DNA of 63,741 nucleotides, filler included, from Hausera hauseri (taxonomy: Eukaryota): the NCBI GenBank assembly GCA_046269625.1. It is 11 parts of 11 records of this genome, joined end to end, with 100 filler letters (N's around TTAATTAATTAA, not from the genome) between each part and the next. Parts side by side here need not be neighbours in the genome. Positions count along the whole stretch, not along the records: positions 1 to 8,768 come from JBJURY010538786.1; positions 8,869 to 13,223 come from JBJURY010620331.1; 9 more parts are not named here. One strand, 5' to 3'. Of this stretch, positions 1 to 11,619 are shown piece by piece (the first letter of the stretch is position 1; each line of letters starts with the position of its first letter). Under the pieces are notes generated by a model. It searched no databases, was not told the origin of the DNA, and worked only from the letters and a program-made list of their open reading frames with translations. The position numbers and the translations under genes are program-made.

Positions 1-802
1 CTTTTAACTCTGTACGTATCCCATCCTGGTTCTCTTCTCCCCTCCAGCCTGGTGTAGCACTCCTTTTCGGTATGTCCCCTATGGTGACATCTTGCACAGC
101 TAAGGTTAACACAATTTCGTCTGATGTGTCCTAGCTGACCACATCTATAGCATCTTATTGGTTTCCTTTCGGGACACTGCCTGCTTATGTGTCCTTCTTT
201 TCCTCATCCAAAGCATTTAATTAGTTCCTGTTTGGTGCAAAATCTGCTCGTATGTCCTTCCCTCTGGCATGTCCAATACTTTAATCTACTATTTGATATT
301 CTAGTTGGGGTCGTGTTGATTCTAGGAAGGGGTTTCCTGATATCTTGTGCTGCCACTTCCTGATAACTTCTTCTACCGATCCCCGGATACTCCTTGACCG
401 TGTATCTATTGTTACAACATTGGAACAATAGTACCTCTTTCAGAGCCTCGCGTGAAAGATTGTACTTTATGACTTTATCCAAAAGTTTCTCGATTGTGTC
501 GGAGTAAGCCTCCGGATCCGCTCCATTCATTCTGTACTCGAGCGCTTCTTTTAGATCTTTGCATAGCACTGAGGGTTTTGCGAAAGCCTTTCGTAGTCGG
601 TTTTGGTATCCCGTTATCCTTGCATCTACTGCCATGTATCTTTCTAGTGCATCTTCCTCCAAGAGGCATTCAACCATGATTTCCCGTTTCGCCGCCGGAG
701 TGTTTATATATTTAAAGAATTTTCACATCCTTTAATGAACTTCGCCACGCCGTCACCTTTCCTGATATTGCTGTGCAACAATTGGTTCGCGAAAATGTCC
801 AT
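1..802 (-). pseudogene. gag: Gypsy-type gag with four CCHC zinc knuckles (truncated by contig start; frameshift and stop)
   Basis: Minus-strand translation: MDIFANQLLH...EDALERY...RLRKAF...LLFQCC, then knuckles YWTCQREGHTSRFC, CFG*GKEGHISRQC, CYRCGQLGHIRRNC, CARCHHRGHTEKEC. Confidence 0.8.
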
Positions 803-945
803 TGTGGCGTAAGTCGACCTGCTGGAAGCGTGAGCATCCACGCCGTCCACGTCATCATCCAGCTTGGGTAGGGTTGGAAAATACCCGCCCTCTTGTACTG
901 GTAATTGGTAATTACCAAATATTGAATTGGTAATTTATGTTTGTA

Positions 946-955
946 TCTGACACCA
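946..955 (-). promoter_or_regulatory. Putative primer-binding site TGGTGTCAGA (tRNA-Leu-type) of the CCHC-gag element
   Basis: TGG-starting motif typical of Gypsy PBS, located between a putative LTR and gag; only about 10 nt match. Confidence 0.45.
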
Positions 956-961
956 ACCTTT

Positions 962-1313
962 TTTGACAATTTAAAAGGTTAAAATGTTCAAAAAAATCAA
1001 CCTGACTTTGTTGGTGTATCAAAATATTAAAATCTGAATTCCTCTGCACCAACAATGTATTTTTGTATCTGGGTAATTCTGACCCTTTAGAATTCTTTGG
1101 CAGCAATGATAGGTGCTTACTTCTTTTTAAATTCATTAAATTTTCCAAATGATAAATCGGTCCAACAAGAAAAAAATTTTATTTAACTTTCGAAAAAATT
1201 GTACACTTTCTCTTTTTGGAAATCGTGACTTTTAAACAAATTGGTTAACAAAATTACAAAATTTGGTATCCGGCTCCTGTCCATGAAAGCCCCTACGGCC
1301 GTTAAATGTCACA
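962..1313 (-). repeat. Putative 5' LTR of the CCHC-gag element
   Basis: Minus strand starts TGTGACATTTAA and ends TTAAATTGTCAAA (imperfect terminal inverted repeat), followed by a PBS-like motif; no second LTR in the window to confirm. Confidence 0.45.
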
Positions 1314-1627
1314 ATTTTCGTTTGGTTATTAGTCAGTATAATCAAGCAAAATATATATACACATTACATGAATTAGGTACACGTTCATATTATGTAATTT
1401 CTCAACAACTGTTTCACTCTAATAATTACTAAATCGGTATAGTACATTTTCCACTAATCTAGCGTTATATTGTCAACCAATTTTCTGTTATTTCAGTAAT
1501 CAGTATACTATGTACATTAATTGGCTTTGGTCTCTGTACTATGCTACAACTATATCACCTTTCTCGATTATAAAATGTTATCCTCTCCTGGACACAAAAG
1601 GTGATTGACATTACAATACCCCCCCCC
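1314..1627 (-). repeat. Polypurine tract (G9, 1619-1627) and 3' LTR (starting TGTAATG at 1615) of Gypsy copy 1
   Basis: G-run then TAT-TGT downstream of integrase on the minus strand; distal LTR end uncertain (1393 gives perfect TGTAAT..ATTACA). Confidence 0.6.
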
Positions 1628-4600
1628 GTGGCTGAGTTGAGAACCTGACAGAAAAGACTGAAAGAAAGTTCTGATGATAAACACAATTTGTCTAATAAGT
1701 TTTCGTGTGTACGAGGCGTTGTACTTATTTGTTATTTAATTCTCTGCTATACTTATTGAAAGTAACGAATTTGAGACGTATCTTCACGGTAGTGTCTGGC
1801 CGCAGGTAGGGTTTATCAAAAAATTTTAGTTTCAGTGTGATTGGATGATATTGCTGTGGAAGGTAATACAAAAGGAGGAGGCGAAACGACTGTAGATAGA
1901 TTATACTCGTTTCTGCGGTAGTTTCAGCAGGTGACGAATTGAAAGGTGATGTAGAAAAAGGCGAAGGTATAACAGTTGAGTGCGGATCAGAAATAGTAAT
2001 GAAAGTAGGGGTAGATGGAAATGTCGAAATGGAGGCAGGAATGAAATTGGTAGGTGGCAATGTAGGCACAGGGACGGTAGCAGCGGGATGATGTGTGGTG
2101 GACTAGGGGATCGAAGTCGAGATAAAGGTGGTTTTAGGTGTGAGGAATGAGGTTGATTCTTCCGTTGGTGAGTTATTGTTAACGTACAAAGCGGGTTTTA
2201 CATTAGTAATATACACTAAAACTTCTTTTCCGTCTTTCAGAATAACAGCATTATGTGAATGTAGTTGTATTAATTTATATGGTCTTAAGTACTGTGGCTA
2301 GAAACCGCAAGGTATCTGTTTTTTTAGCCATACAAACTTTGCTGAGTATAAGTCTTCGAGTATGTAAGATTTGTCATTGTGTAAGAGCCTGCAAAACAAA
2401 TCTTTTCTGATTGTAGCAAAATGATCCTGTGCTGCTTGTATCCTCTCGTCGATAGGAGTTTCCTCTAAAGCGGTTAATTCGAACAATGATTGTACAGGAG
2501 TTTCGAATAATGCTTCCGTTGGTGAACATCCTATGGAAGTGGACGGAAGGTTTCGCCAGCCAAGCAGGACGAATTGCAGAAGTGTTGTCCAATTGGTGTT
2601 TGACTGTGCAAGGATTTGAAGTAATGTTTTTAAGGTTCGGTGGAAACGTTCGATCAGGCCATTTGATTGGGGATGATAGGGGGTAGTATGAATATGAATT
2701 ATACCTAATCGGTTGACTAAAAATTTGAACAGATTTTATTCGAATTGAGATCCTTGATCCGAGATGATGTAACGACGGGATTCGAATCGACTAATCCACG
2801 TACGGATGAAAGTATAGGCTATTGTGTCAGTGTTTGTGCTCCGTAGTGGAATGGCTTCCGGCCAGAGTGAGGCACGGTCCATCATGGTCAGAATAAATTG
2901 GTGGCCGTTGTCTATTGGAAGAAGACCGACGATATCAATATGTACAGTTTCAAAACGTAATGTGCATGGAAAGTGGTATAATGGAGGTTTTAGATGTTTT
3001 ATTGTTTTATATTTCTGACAAGACACGCACTCTTTAACCCATGCTTGCATATCGGAGCGCATGGTTGGCCACAATACTTGTCGTTGAAGTAAGCGAAAAG
3101 TTGCATAGGCACCAGGATGATGTAACGAATGTATATTATGAAATGCCTGTTTGTGTAAAGATGGAGCAAGAATTATCTTAGATTGTCCTGGTTTGGAGGT
3201 ATCTAAGGCCACGCCGTCGATTATCTGGTGAGATTTGAACGATTTGAGAATATCCTGTGATGGCTGATTTTATTCGAGCTTTGACTGAGTAAAGATTGGC
3301 GAAAAATTAATTGAACCGACTGATTTGGATAGGAAATCGGCAAATAGATTGTCGACACCCTCGATATGTTTAATGTCAAAGTTGAATGTGGACGAATATG
3401 AAATTTGCCGTTCTTGTCGAGTTGAAGGGTGTTTCATTGCCATTATATTAATAAACGGCTTGTGATCAGTCTGTAAAACAAAATGGTGGACTGTAAGTAA
3501 ATAAGAAAAATGTCTTAGAGCAAGGACTATTGCCAAAAGTTCCCGATCGAAAGTTGAATATCTAGTTTCTGATGGCGTTAATTTTCGGTAAAAAAATCTA
3601 GAGTTTGATTTTCTCCTTTATACAACTGGTGTAATACAGCACCTAATGCGATGTTTGATGCATCTGTAGTTAAAATTACCTCACCGTCAGGTTTAGGAAA
3701 TGCCACTATTTCCACAGTCTTTAGTCCTTCGCGTAAACTGTCAAAATCATTAACCAGTTGTGGTGTCTACATGATTTTCTGATGTTTCTTTCCTCCGCTT
3801 AAGTGTGCAAAAGGTGCCGTCAGTTCTGAATAATACGGAATATATTTGTGGGTAAAATTCAGAATACCGAGAAAACTGCGCATTTCTGTTGTTGTCTTAG
3901 GAAGTTGGACATTTTTAAGAGACTCGACTAGATCAGGCTGAGATGAATGGCGGTTCAAAGAAATAATATGTCCGATGAAATTAACGCGCTTTTGAAAGAA
4001 GTTACATTTCGCCAAATTAATCTACAGGTTAAACTGGTTAAGTCGTTTGAAATGGATCGTAGGTGTTTTCGTGTTGTTTAATTGATGACGAGGCAACCAA
4101 GATATCGTCAATATATGGATGTGCAAAGGTGAAATCTAAAAGTATTGAATCGATATGTCGCTGAAAAATCTGCTCGGCATTCCGGAGACCGAAAAGCATA
4201 TGCACGTACTCATAAAGACCAAAAGGTGTGGTGACTGCAGTTTTCTCGATGTCTTCCGGTGAGACAGGAATTTGGTGGTAAGCTTTGGCTAAATCGATTG
4301 TCGAATAAACAGAAGTGGTATTACGCCGATGTAATATGTCTTTGATTAATGGTAATGGATATGCGTCCATTGTCGTTAAAGTACTAAGTTGGCGGTAATC
4401 GTCGCATGGTCGGAAAAATCTATCTTTTTTCGTACAACTTGGAGAGGCGAAGACCATGGTGATTTAGATCTGCGGACGATACCTGATTGTTCGAGTTCCA
4501 TAAATTCAGCTTCTATTGCCTGTCTGCGTCGCGGTGACAATGGACGGACTTTTTGTCTAATTGACCTTTGATGTCTTGTAATTATATGGTGGTAAATGCT

Positions 4601-6486
4601 GTTTACTGTGGTGAAATTTCTATCTTTCTAAAGTATATGAGGTCAAGAAGTATGGACGAATTGTTGTAAACTTGCGGGTAGTTGCTGGAATGTTGTAACT
4701 GGAGATGAACCGAGGTTGCTAGTATTACTTGGTATATGGTAACTGGTTGTTGAAGTGGAATCAAGTGGAGTTTGGAGTAGGGTGGTCGGATCCGGAACCG
4801 TGTTTGAGTAGGTGTTATTGTTTAATGATTTTACGGAAAATACCAGATTGTTGGTGTTGACATTGAGCTGTGATTGGCTGTCAACATTGTCCTTTAGAAG
4901 CTTACAATTTAAATCGTGATAACGACACTGTTGACTGTGGTGTTGTTGAGATGGTGTCTATACCTGTGTTACGGTCTACAGGTATATTCGCTTTCAGGCA
5001 GCGTCGGTTACAGTCGACTAGCAAATTATAGTGCGAAAGAAAATCTGAGCCAAGTATTGCCGTCTAAACGTTAGAAACTGTAAACGTCCAATGAAATGAA
5101 GAGGACAAGTTTGGTAGAGTGAAATATAATTTGCAAGTTCCGTCAATGTGGAGAGATTGACCAGAGACATTGTATAAATGTATTATTTTAGATGAAAAAT
5201 GCTGGACCGGAAAGGAAAGTGGTAGTAGTGAGATCGCTGCGCCAGTATCCATAAGAAAATCTATGGATCGGATGGTAAAATTACAGATAGCAGCTTTTAG
5301 TGTGAAAACTGCAAATGAAGTGTGTCGGCAAAAGGAATTGGATAAGTTGCCTTTGCCAGAACCTGCCGATAATACTGGCGGCGAAATCAGTTTTTTGGAT
5401 TGGTGAGTTAGAACGGTTATTGTTAGAGACTTTGGGGCGTCTATCAGTGCTGTAGTTTTTGTTAGATTTATAGCTACAGCCGGAAACACAATTTCGAGCA
5501 TTAGATCCGAATTTTGCATGATAGATGCAAACTATGTTATCCGAGTGTATATTCGACGAATAATATCTATACCCTAAACAGCATTTATTTGTTTTGTTGA
5601 TGAATCTGTTGTTGTAATAACATATGAATGACCGCGTTGGTAAAGGTGTTCGATTTCTGGAAGGAGAACGTGTTCGGTGAGGCGAGGGAGCATTCAGTCG
5701 GTGTAAAGAAAGGCCATTCAGTTTGTCGTTGATGGTGTTGATTGTGTGTTGGAGTGCCGCATTTTTGGCGCGTAATTGGTTCAATTGGTGTTCGATGGAT
5801 GTATGACGTTGATTGTCATCGGTCGTAATAGCGGCTGATATGATGGGTTGTGATTGGATTTGTAAGACTTTGTGTGCTTTATTTGTCAATTCAGCCAGTT
5901 TATCTAAGGCTGTAGAGTTTTCAACAACGATAAGTAAAGCTCTAATTTGAATTGGTAAGGCATTAAGGAAATATCGTCGAAGTAGATCTGGATTGTTTTT
6001 CTTGGTGACGCCTAGCGTACGTAAGTGAGCCAACAAGGGGCGTACGAAATCACTAGGTTTTTGTGTCCCCATTGCGTTTTTGTTAAAGAAAAGTTAAATT
6101 ATAGAGTCAAATGGTGGTTCTATCAGTTTTAACACAGCATCGAACAATTGGGTATAAGGGTCACAATGTTGAAAGATGTCCAGTAAGTTGTGGATTGAGG
6201 CCTTTATGGAATTTGGTAGAAGGTATAGTAGATAATGGGCTTTGGATAACGAGTCTTTAATACCGTTGGACTGTAAACAGAGTTGATGGAAGTGGAGCCA
6301 AGTTTTGCTGGACTTTTTATTATCTATAAAGTATTCAGTGCAATGTGGGGAAGTATTTGTAGAATTTTTGTGAGAAGAATTTGCATTGGATAAAGTAGGT
6401 AGATGGTTTGATTTCGGGCAGTAGAAAATGGATTTGGGTTTTGTGGTCACTTTATGAGTGATGTCACTAGTTGGTGGAGAAATCAT

Positions 6487-6704
6487 ACCGCTGCGGATAC
6501 TAGGATTGACGTGTATACATAGATGGTAATGTGAGGCCATGATGTGTTGGAGGTCAGTTAAATGAAACCGTTGTGAGTCAGGTAGAAATCAGTGAAGGCG
6601 GTGGTATTATAAATGAGAGTGTATAATTGTAATGTTTCCATACGTTGTGTGGCATGTACGGTTTGTATTAAGTTATTATTGATATAAAGGTAGAATAAAA
6701 ACGG
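6487..6704 (-). other. Ubiquitin-like domain upstream of gag, copy 1
   Basis: FLFYLYINNNLIQTVHATQRMETLQLYTLIYNTTAFTDFYLTHNGFI*...LCIHVNPSIRSG|MISPP; last part is in frame with gag ORF 6094..6540. Confidence 0.65.
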
Positions 6705-6911
6705 CGATGATAGACGGAAAGATGGGTAGAGTGGTATCTCAACGTGGTTATACGAAGTTAAGAGGGTTATTTTGCGATAATGTGCCTCGATTCCAGTTTG
6801 TCTCATTACAAATCCGTTAATTCCCATATATTGTTCGGTATTTGGTTTGATGGGTTTGGCAGGACAAGGTACGAGTGGTGAGTATTTAACAATGCCACAA
6901 GGTGGCTGGAC

Positions 6912-7560
6912 CATTTTATTAAATTCTATGTAGTCATTGTCGAGTTCATGAAATCCTACGAGTGTCAAATACTTCAGAACGTGAAAGCGTAGTTTACTAA
7001 TTTTGCTCAATGAAGCTAATTTAAGTTTCAATGTAAAATGAGCAACTTTGTCACCAGTAGCAAGATGTCTCGAAAAACGATGTCGTGGACAAAGAATAAA
7101 GTGAAACAACGGTTGAATAGAATAGACGAGATTTTTGAACTGAGGACTAAAGAAAAGAAGTGTTTTGCTGAAATGGCCTAGAATCGCAACGAAGGTAAAA
7201 GTGGTGTCGGAATATTTGCAAACTGTATCAGCAACGAACGCCTTCGCAGGATATAGATTGTGGTTTAAAAGTCTCAGACAACAAAAAACGTACGGAATCA
7301 TAAAAAGCAAAGAGAAAAGGTTATACTGCCAAGACTGACCGGTAACAAATGCAACCAAATTGAAGCAGCAAATAGAAACTGCAATAACCGAACTTTGGTC
7401 AATCTCTATTCCATTAATATCTGCGTAAATATTGATGGTATCCTTACTGAAAACGACCAATGTCATTAAATTATGATTCAAAAGGAGTATAAATAGGAAT
7501 ATTATGAAATAAATAACACCATGCTGTAAGTCTAATGCTTCAGGTATTTCCTTATGGACA
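6912..7560 (-). pseudogene. DPAGT1: UDP-GlcNAc:dolichyl-phosphate GlcNAc-1-P transferase fragment, intronless, internally deleted
   Basis: KEIPEA..GVIYFII then TINIYADINGIEIDQS, HNLYPAKAFVADT, ILGHFSKTLLFF, CPRHR, EFNKM match the DPAGT1 motifs NAINILAGINGLEAGQS / HNWYPSRVFVGDT / ILGHFSKT / CPRHR. Confidence 0.9.
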
Positions 7561-7924
7561 ACACGCAGAAAAGTTTGACCGGTCGGAAATTCTTATTTGA
7601 TACTTATCAGGGCCTGATGTGACATTATTTTTAATTTCTCGTCGATATGAATACTCAATCGTGAAAGTAGATCAACAATCCGATATTTAATTATGTCTGA
7701 AGGGAGTAACCTTGAAATGGTACATATACATGTTTTAAGAAAATAAATTTTTAGCTTCCTTTTGGAATTATGACATTATCCAATCCTATAATAGCGTTTT
7801 CCTGTTTCTTCAACAACATTGTACGGATAATTTGTTGGTTCAATAATTTTAACATGGTATCAAAGGCTTGTCGAATGAGATTAATGTAAATACTAAATGA
7901 GGCTGTGTTCGTGTCGTTTAATGT

Positions 7925-8768
7925 CTTGGATGGGTAATTCGATTTGTAAAGAAACTTAAAGTTTGTTGGATGATTGCAAGCCTCTACAACAGCTTTAGCG
8001 AGACATTCAGCACCTTTATCACCTTGAGCCCAATATGAAGCTAAAACAGCATCGTGCGGTCCGTTTTCTAGTGATATTCAATAAACTGCTTCGATTTCTT
8101 CGTATGATCGTATTTAAAATTGTTTAAAGCAACGACGACTGGGACTTCTTGTTTTTTGATATTTTCAATATGACGAACCATATTTGCACAGCTGGCTTCA
8201 ACAAGGCCCATATTCTTTTCTTCATTTCCGGGAGGAAAAGTTTGACCGGAAACAAAATCTGGGGCGCCACCAAGAAGTTTAAGAGCTCGAAGCGATACAA
8301 CCAAAACGGCAACATTTGGTACGAGACCAGACAATCTGCATTTAATAGTAAGAAACTTTTCTGCTCCAATATCGGCACCAAAGCCGGCTTCCGTTACAAC
8401 ATATCCATTCTCACCAACCAGTTTAAGAGCAATCATAGCGTTAGCAAATGATCCAGTATAAACAAATACCGTACCACCTTCCAAGGATTGCATCAGGTTG
8501 GGTTTAATAATTTCATTTCATCAGAATTATCATTGCAACGCAAACACTCAAATCCCTTGTTGTAATCGGATGCCCCAAATTACTAAATACCATTACAAGT
8601 CGCCCAATACGTTGTCGCCTGTCTTGTAAACTAGTGGACAGAGATAATATGACCATCAATTTACTAGCAACGCTCAAATCAAACTGACAATCTCTTTCAT
8701 GACCCCTTTCTGTTGCAGACTTGCCGATCATAATCTTTCGTAAAAATCTACCGTTAATATCAATAACT
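7925..8768 (-). pseudogene. MTHFD1: Formyltetrahydrofolate synthetase domain fragment (C1-THF synthase)
   Basis: FDLSVASKLM, KPNLMQSLEG, YVVTEAGFGADIGAEKF, PVVVALNNF, WAQGDKGA..LAKAV; stops and frameshifts. Confidence 0.9.
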
Positions 8769-8868
8769 NNNNNNNNNNNNNNNNNNNNNNNNNNNNNNNN
8801 NNNNNNNNNNNNTTAATTAATTAANNNNNNNNNNNNNNNNNNNNNNNNNNNNNNNNNNNNNNNNNNNN
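8769..8868. other. Artificial contig linker N44-TTAATTAATTAA-N44; also at 13224-13323, 18988-19087, 26089-26188, 30335-30434, 35428-35527, 42814-42913, 47904-48003, 54831-54930, 59395-59494
   Basis: Identical 100-nt spacer carrying stop codons in all six frames, seen 10 times. Confidence 0.99.
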
Positions 8869-9739
8869 GTTTCCGAACATGCATTCTGATTTTATCAAGC
8901 ATGCATTCACACAAACGCATCATACAAACCCTGGCAGGGTCCATCATACCAAAAACACGAAAATAACCAATAACGATCTTATTTACATGACATTCAAATA
9001 CCTTTAACACTCCAGAGATGATTAAATGTCTTTCGGTGTACGTATTATCTTCCTCTGTAAACGGTGGCACAGTTTCATCGACAATTTTCTCTGACGAATT
9101 AATTGAAATTTGTAGCCAACTCCATGGCCCTTGATGAAGCTCAGACCTGGGTAGCAGATCAAAGTCGTTTGTTTCCGATATATTTTTTCCTCTAACTTCG
9201 AACGTAAAAACATCAGTGGATTTCCATTTCTGTATTAAATTTAAGTTCTGAGTGTTCTTTAATTTAGGTATAATTTCGTTTAATTCACGACTATCTAAGA
9301 AACTGAGACTTCCAAATAAATCAAATGCATTTCGACGATTAAGTTTTGGAACGTTCGATAATCTTAACGGATCACCATTTTCAAAATCTGATATACTTTT
9401 TTCATATATTTTTCCATCATCAAATCGTATTTTAGTTCCAGAAATTCGCTGAGATATAGATACAGAAGTCATTTTTAATGTTTTTAATCCCAAGTAAAAC
9501 GTTTCAGAATTTTGCATTTGGTTTTGTAAATAAGACGATTGGGACATTTTTGATCGTCTATATTTCTGAGGCCTCTCCTGGCCTGAATTCTGCATCTTTT
9601 TCGGTGAGAAGCTAGATGCGTGGCCCTCAGATTTGCCCGCATCTATTGGCATCTCTTTTTTTATAAATTTCTGCATCTTTTGCATAAAAATCCGATTGTC
9701 TGAATTTGTCCTTACCAGGACTTTATGGACGATGAACAT
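8869..9739 (-). CDS. Hypothetical protein (about 290 aa, runs off the contig)
   Basis: Long uninterrupted ORF in AT-rich DNA; no motif recognised. Confidence 0.45.
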
Positions 9740-10079
9740 TTATAATTTTCAAAATTCATTATTGTTTTTCCAATATTTTATGGATTCCCCATTATTTAGC
9801 TGCTTAGCAGCCCACATTGCATGTTTTATTTTGCATGTTTCTTTGCATGCTCCATCCAACTTCACCAGCTGTCAAAATGCACAGACAAACCCGAACAAAT
9901 AAAATGGTATTCATGTCGGGTTTGTTTCAACATAAGACAACAAATATCAACTATTAGACAAGGTTCATCAAATGAAATAAAACATTGAATAACTAGGAAG
10001 TAAAATGTATCACTAGTGTTGTCATGTAAATGTTTCTCTGACAAAATTGATGTTCCATCAGTTCAGTGCAGCTGGGTCT

Positions 10080-10850
10080 TTCGATTGGTTCTGGTCTTAT
10101 GCACCAATTAATAAACAATCTTAGTTCATTCGGTATATCGTAAACCGGTTCATAACTAATAATCCTCTCTTTTTACAAGACGTGTTGCTTCGATCGATCC
10201 TTTATCCCCAATGGGAAAATTTCCAATCATTATTTCAATTAAGACCGCTCCATATGACCATTTCTCAGGTCAAAATTTAGATTTTTGACCGTTTAGTACT
10301 TCAGGAGCGGCATATCGTTTTCTACCTGGTGTAAGTATCGATTGTTCGGAAATATACTTTGATAATCCGAAATCAAATATTCCTACTTTGTATTCGGATT
10401 CCGACATAATATTACTGCTGGATATATCCATGTGAACAATCTTGTTTCGATGTAGAAAGTACAGACCACTTAACATCTGTTCCGAATATAAATGAATTTC
10501 ATTTTCACCCAGAGTTCCAGAACATTGAATTTGACATCTGGTTTTGCATCTCTTTTCCTGTTTGACATGTACTGGAACAGGGACATCTTCATTAGTGGCA
10601 TCCGGAGGAAAATTTGCTGTTCAGTTTCATAAAGACGCATGTACGGAACAAGGTATGGATGGCCACCAATTATTGCAAATACTGTTATTTCGGATATAAA
10701 GTCCAATTTAATATTTTCTTTGGATTTATTAATTTCTTTCAATACAAAATCATTCCTCCTGCCTTTAGTATTGCCTCGATAAACAACACCAAAACTTCCG
10801 CAACCTAAACAACGTTTGCGTTCTACATCTTCACACGTCCAAATCAATGC
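10080..10850 (-). pseudogene. Protein kinase (ePK fold), frameshifted
   Basis: LGCGSFGVVY, VLKEI, HMDISSSNI, DFGLSK, YAAPEVL spread over two frames. Confidence 0.9.
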
Positions 10851-11619
10851 ATAAAATATGTTTTTATGTCCAACCCGATCTGTAATTTCTTCATCACTCG
10901 ATCGATAATAGATAAGTTCAAGTGAACAGGGCCAGTTATGAACGAACAGAGAGTTTTTAGACCCTATATTCCTCAGGAATAAGTCGAACGATTTAATGAA
11001 ATGTTCTTAAATGCTCCTTGAACATTACTCCGTCCAAATCCTTATCAGTTATAACACGAATTTCTTGATTGACCATGTTTTGAACTTCTCTGTTAAAAGC
11101 CATTTCTTTCGAAGTCATTTTCCTCCAAAAAGGACTTCATAGGAGCATTTTCGCTTTTTCCTTCCGACTGTTTTTGTACCCTTTCGAAATCTATCTCGGT
11201 ATAAAAAACGGCCTAAGTCGTTCTTATCTTTGCTCGTGTAATTATAGCAGAAAATTTGTACAAGACCGTTTAACGGCTTTCAACTTTCGATGAATCATGA
11301 TTATTTTCGCTCTCACAGTCTTCCGAACCCCGCCAGGGATCATTCAATCATTATTTTGCACTCTGTTTTTATGCCACGCATACTCATCCAACGATTTAAC
11401 CCTTAAGAACCCAATTTTTAACGACTAGTACACACAGTGCAACCAACATGAACACACATACATTTATACACATACATACACATATATATACATATATACA
11501 TCTTATGCATCCCCTATACCTCTTCCGTTGGGGTTTGACCGGATTCCCCAACTAAACGGTCGAGTCCCAACATAAGCGATTACCAGAAATAGTTCATACT
11601 AGGTCATGAAACAATCCGG

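Larger units (their letters stand above)
1314..6910 (-). mobile_element. CsRn1-like Ty3/Gypsy LTR retrotransposon, copy 1 (decayed): UBL-gag, PR, RT, RNase H, IN
   Basis: gag (MGTQKPSDF..LRRYFLNALP..LDKLAEL; CIYHAKFGSNARNCVSGC), protease FLMDTGA, RT YIDDILVAS, RH TDHKP, IN HHPG..CVSCQ, HIDIVG, SDQG; many stops and frameshifts. Confidence 0.95.

Noticed and set aside
6558-7481. 307-aa ORF as a single genuine membrane protein gene
   Set aside because: It is a chimera of a decayed DPAGT1 fragment and the Gypsy leader/UBL
8769-8868. Regularly recurring TTAATTAATTAA palindrome as a biological repeat or CRISPR-like array
   Set aside because: Always embedded in exactly 44+44 Ns; it is an artificial joiner, so no synteny can be inferred across it
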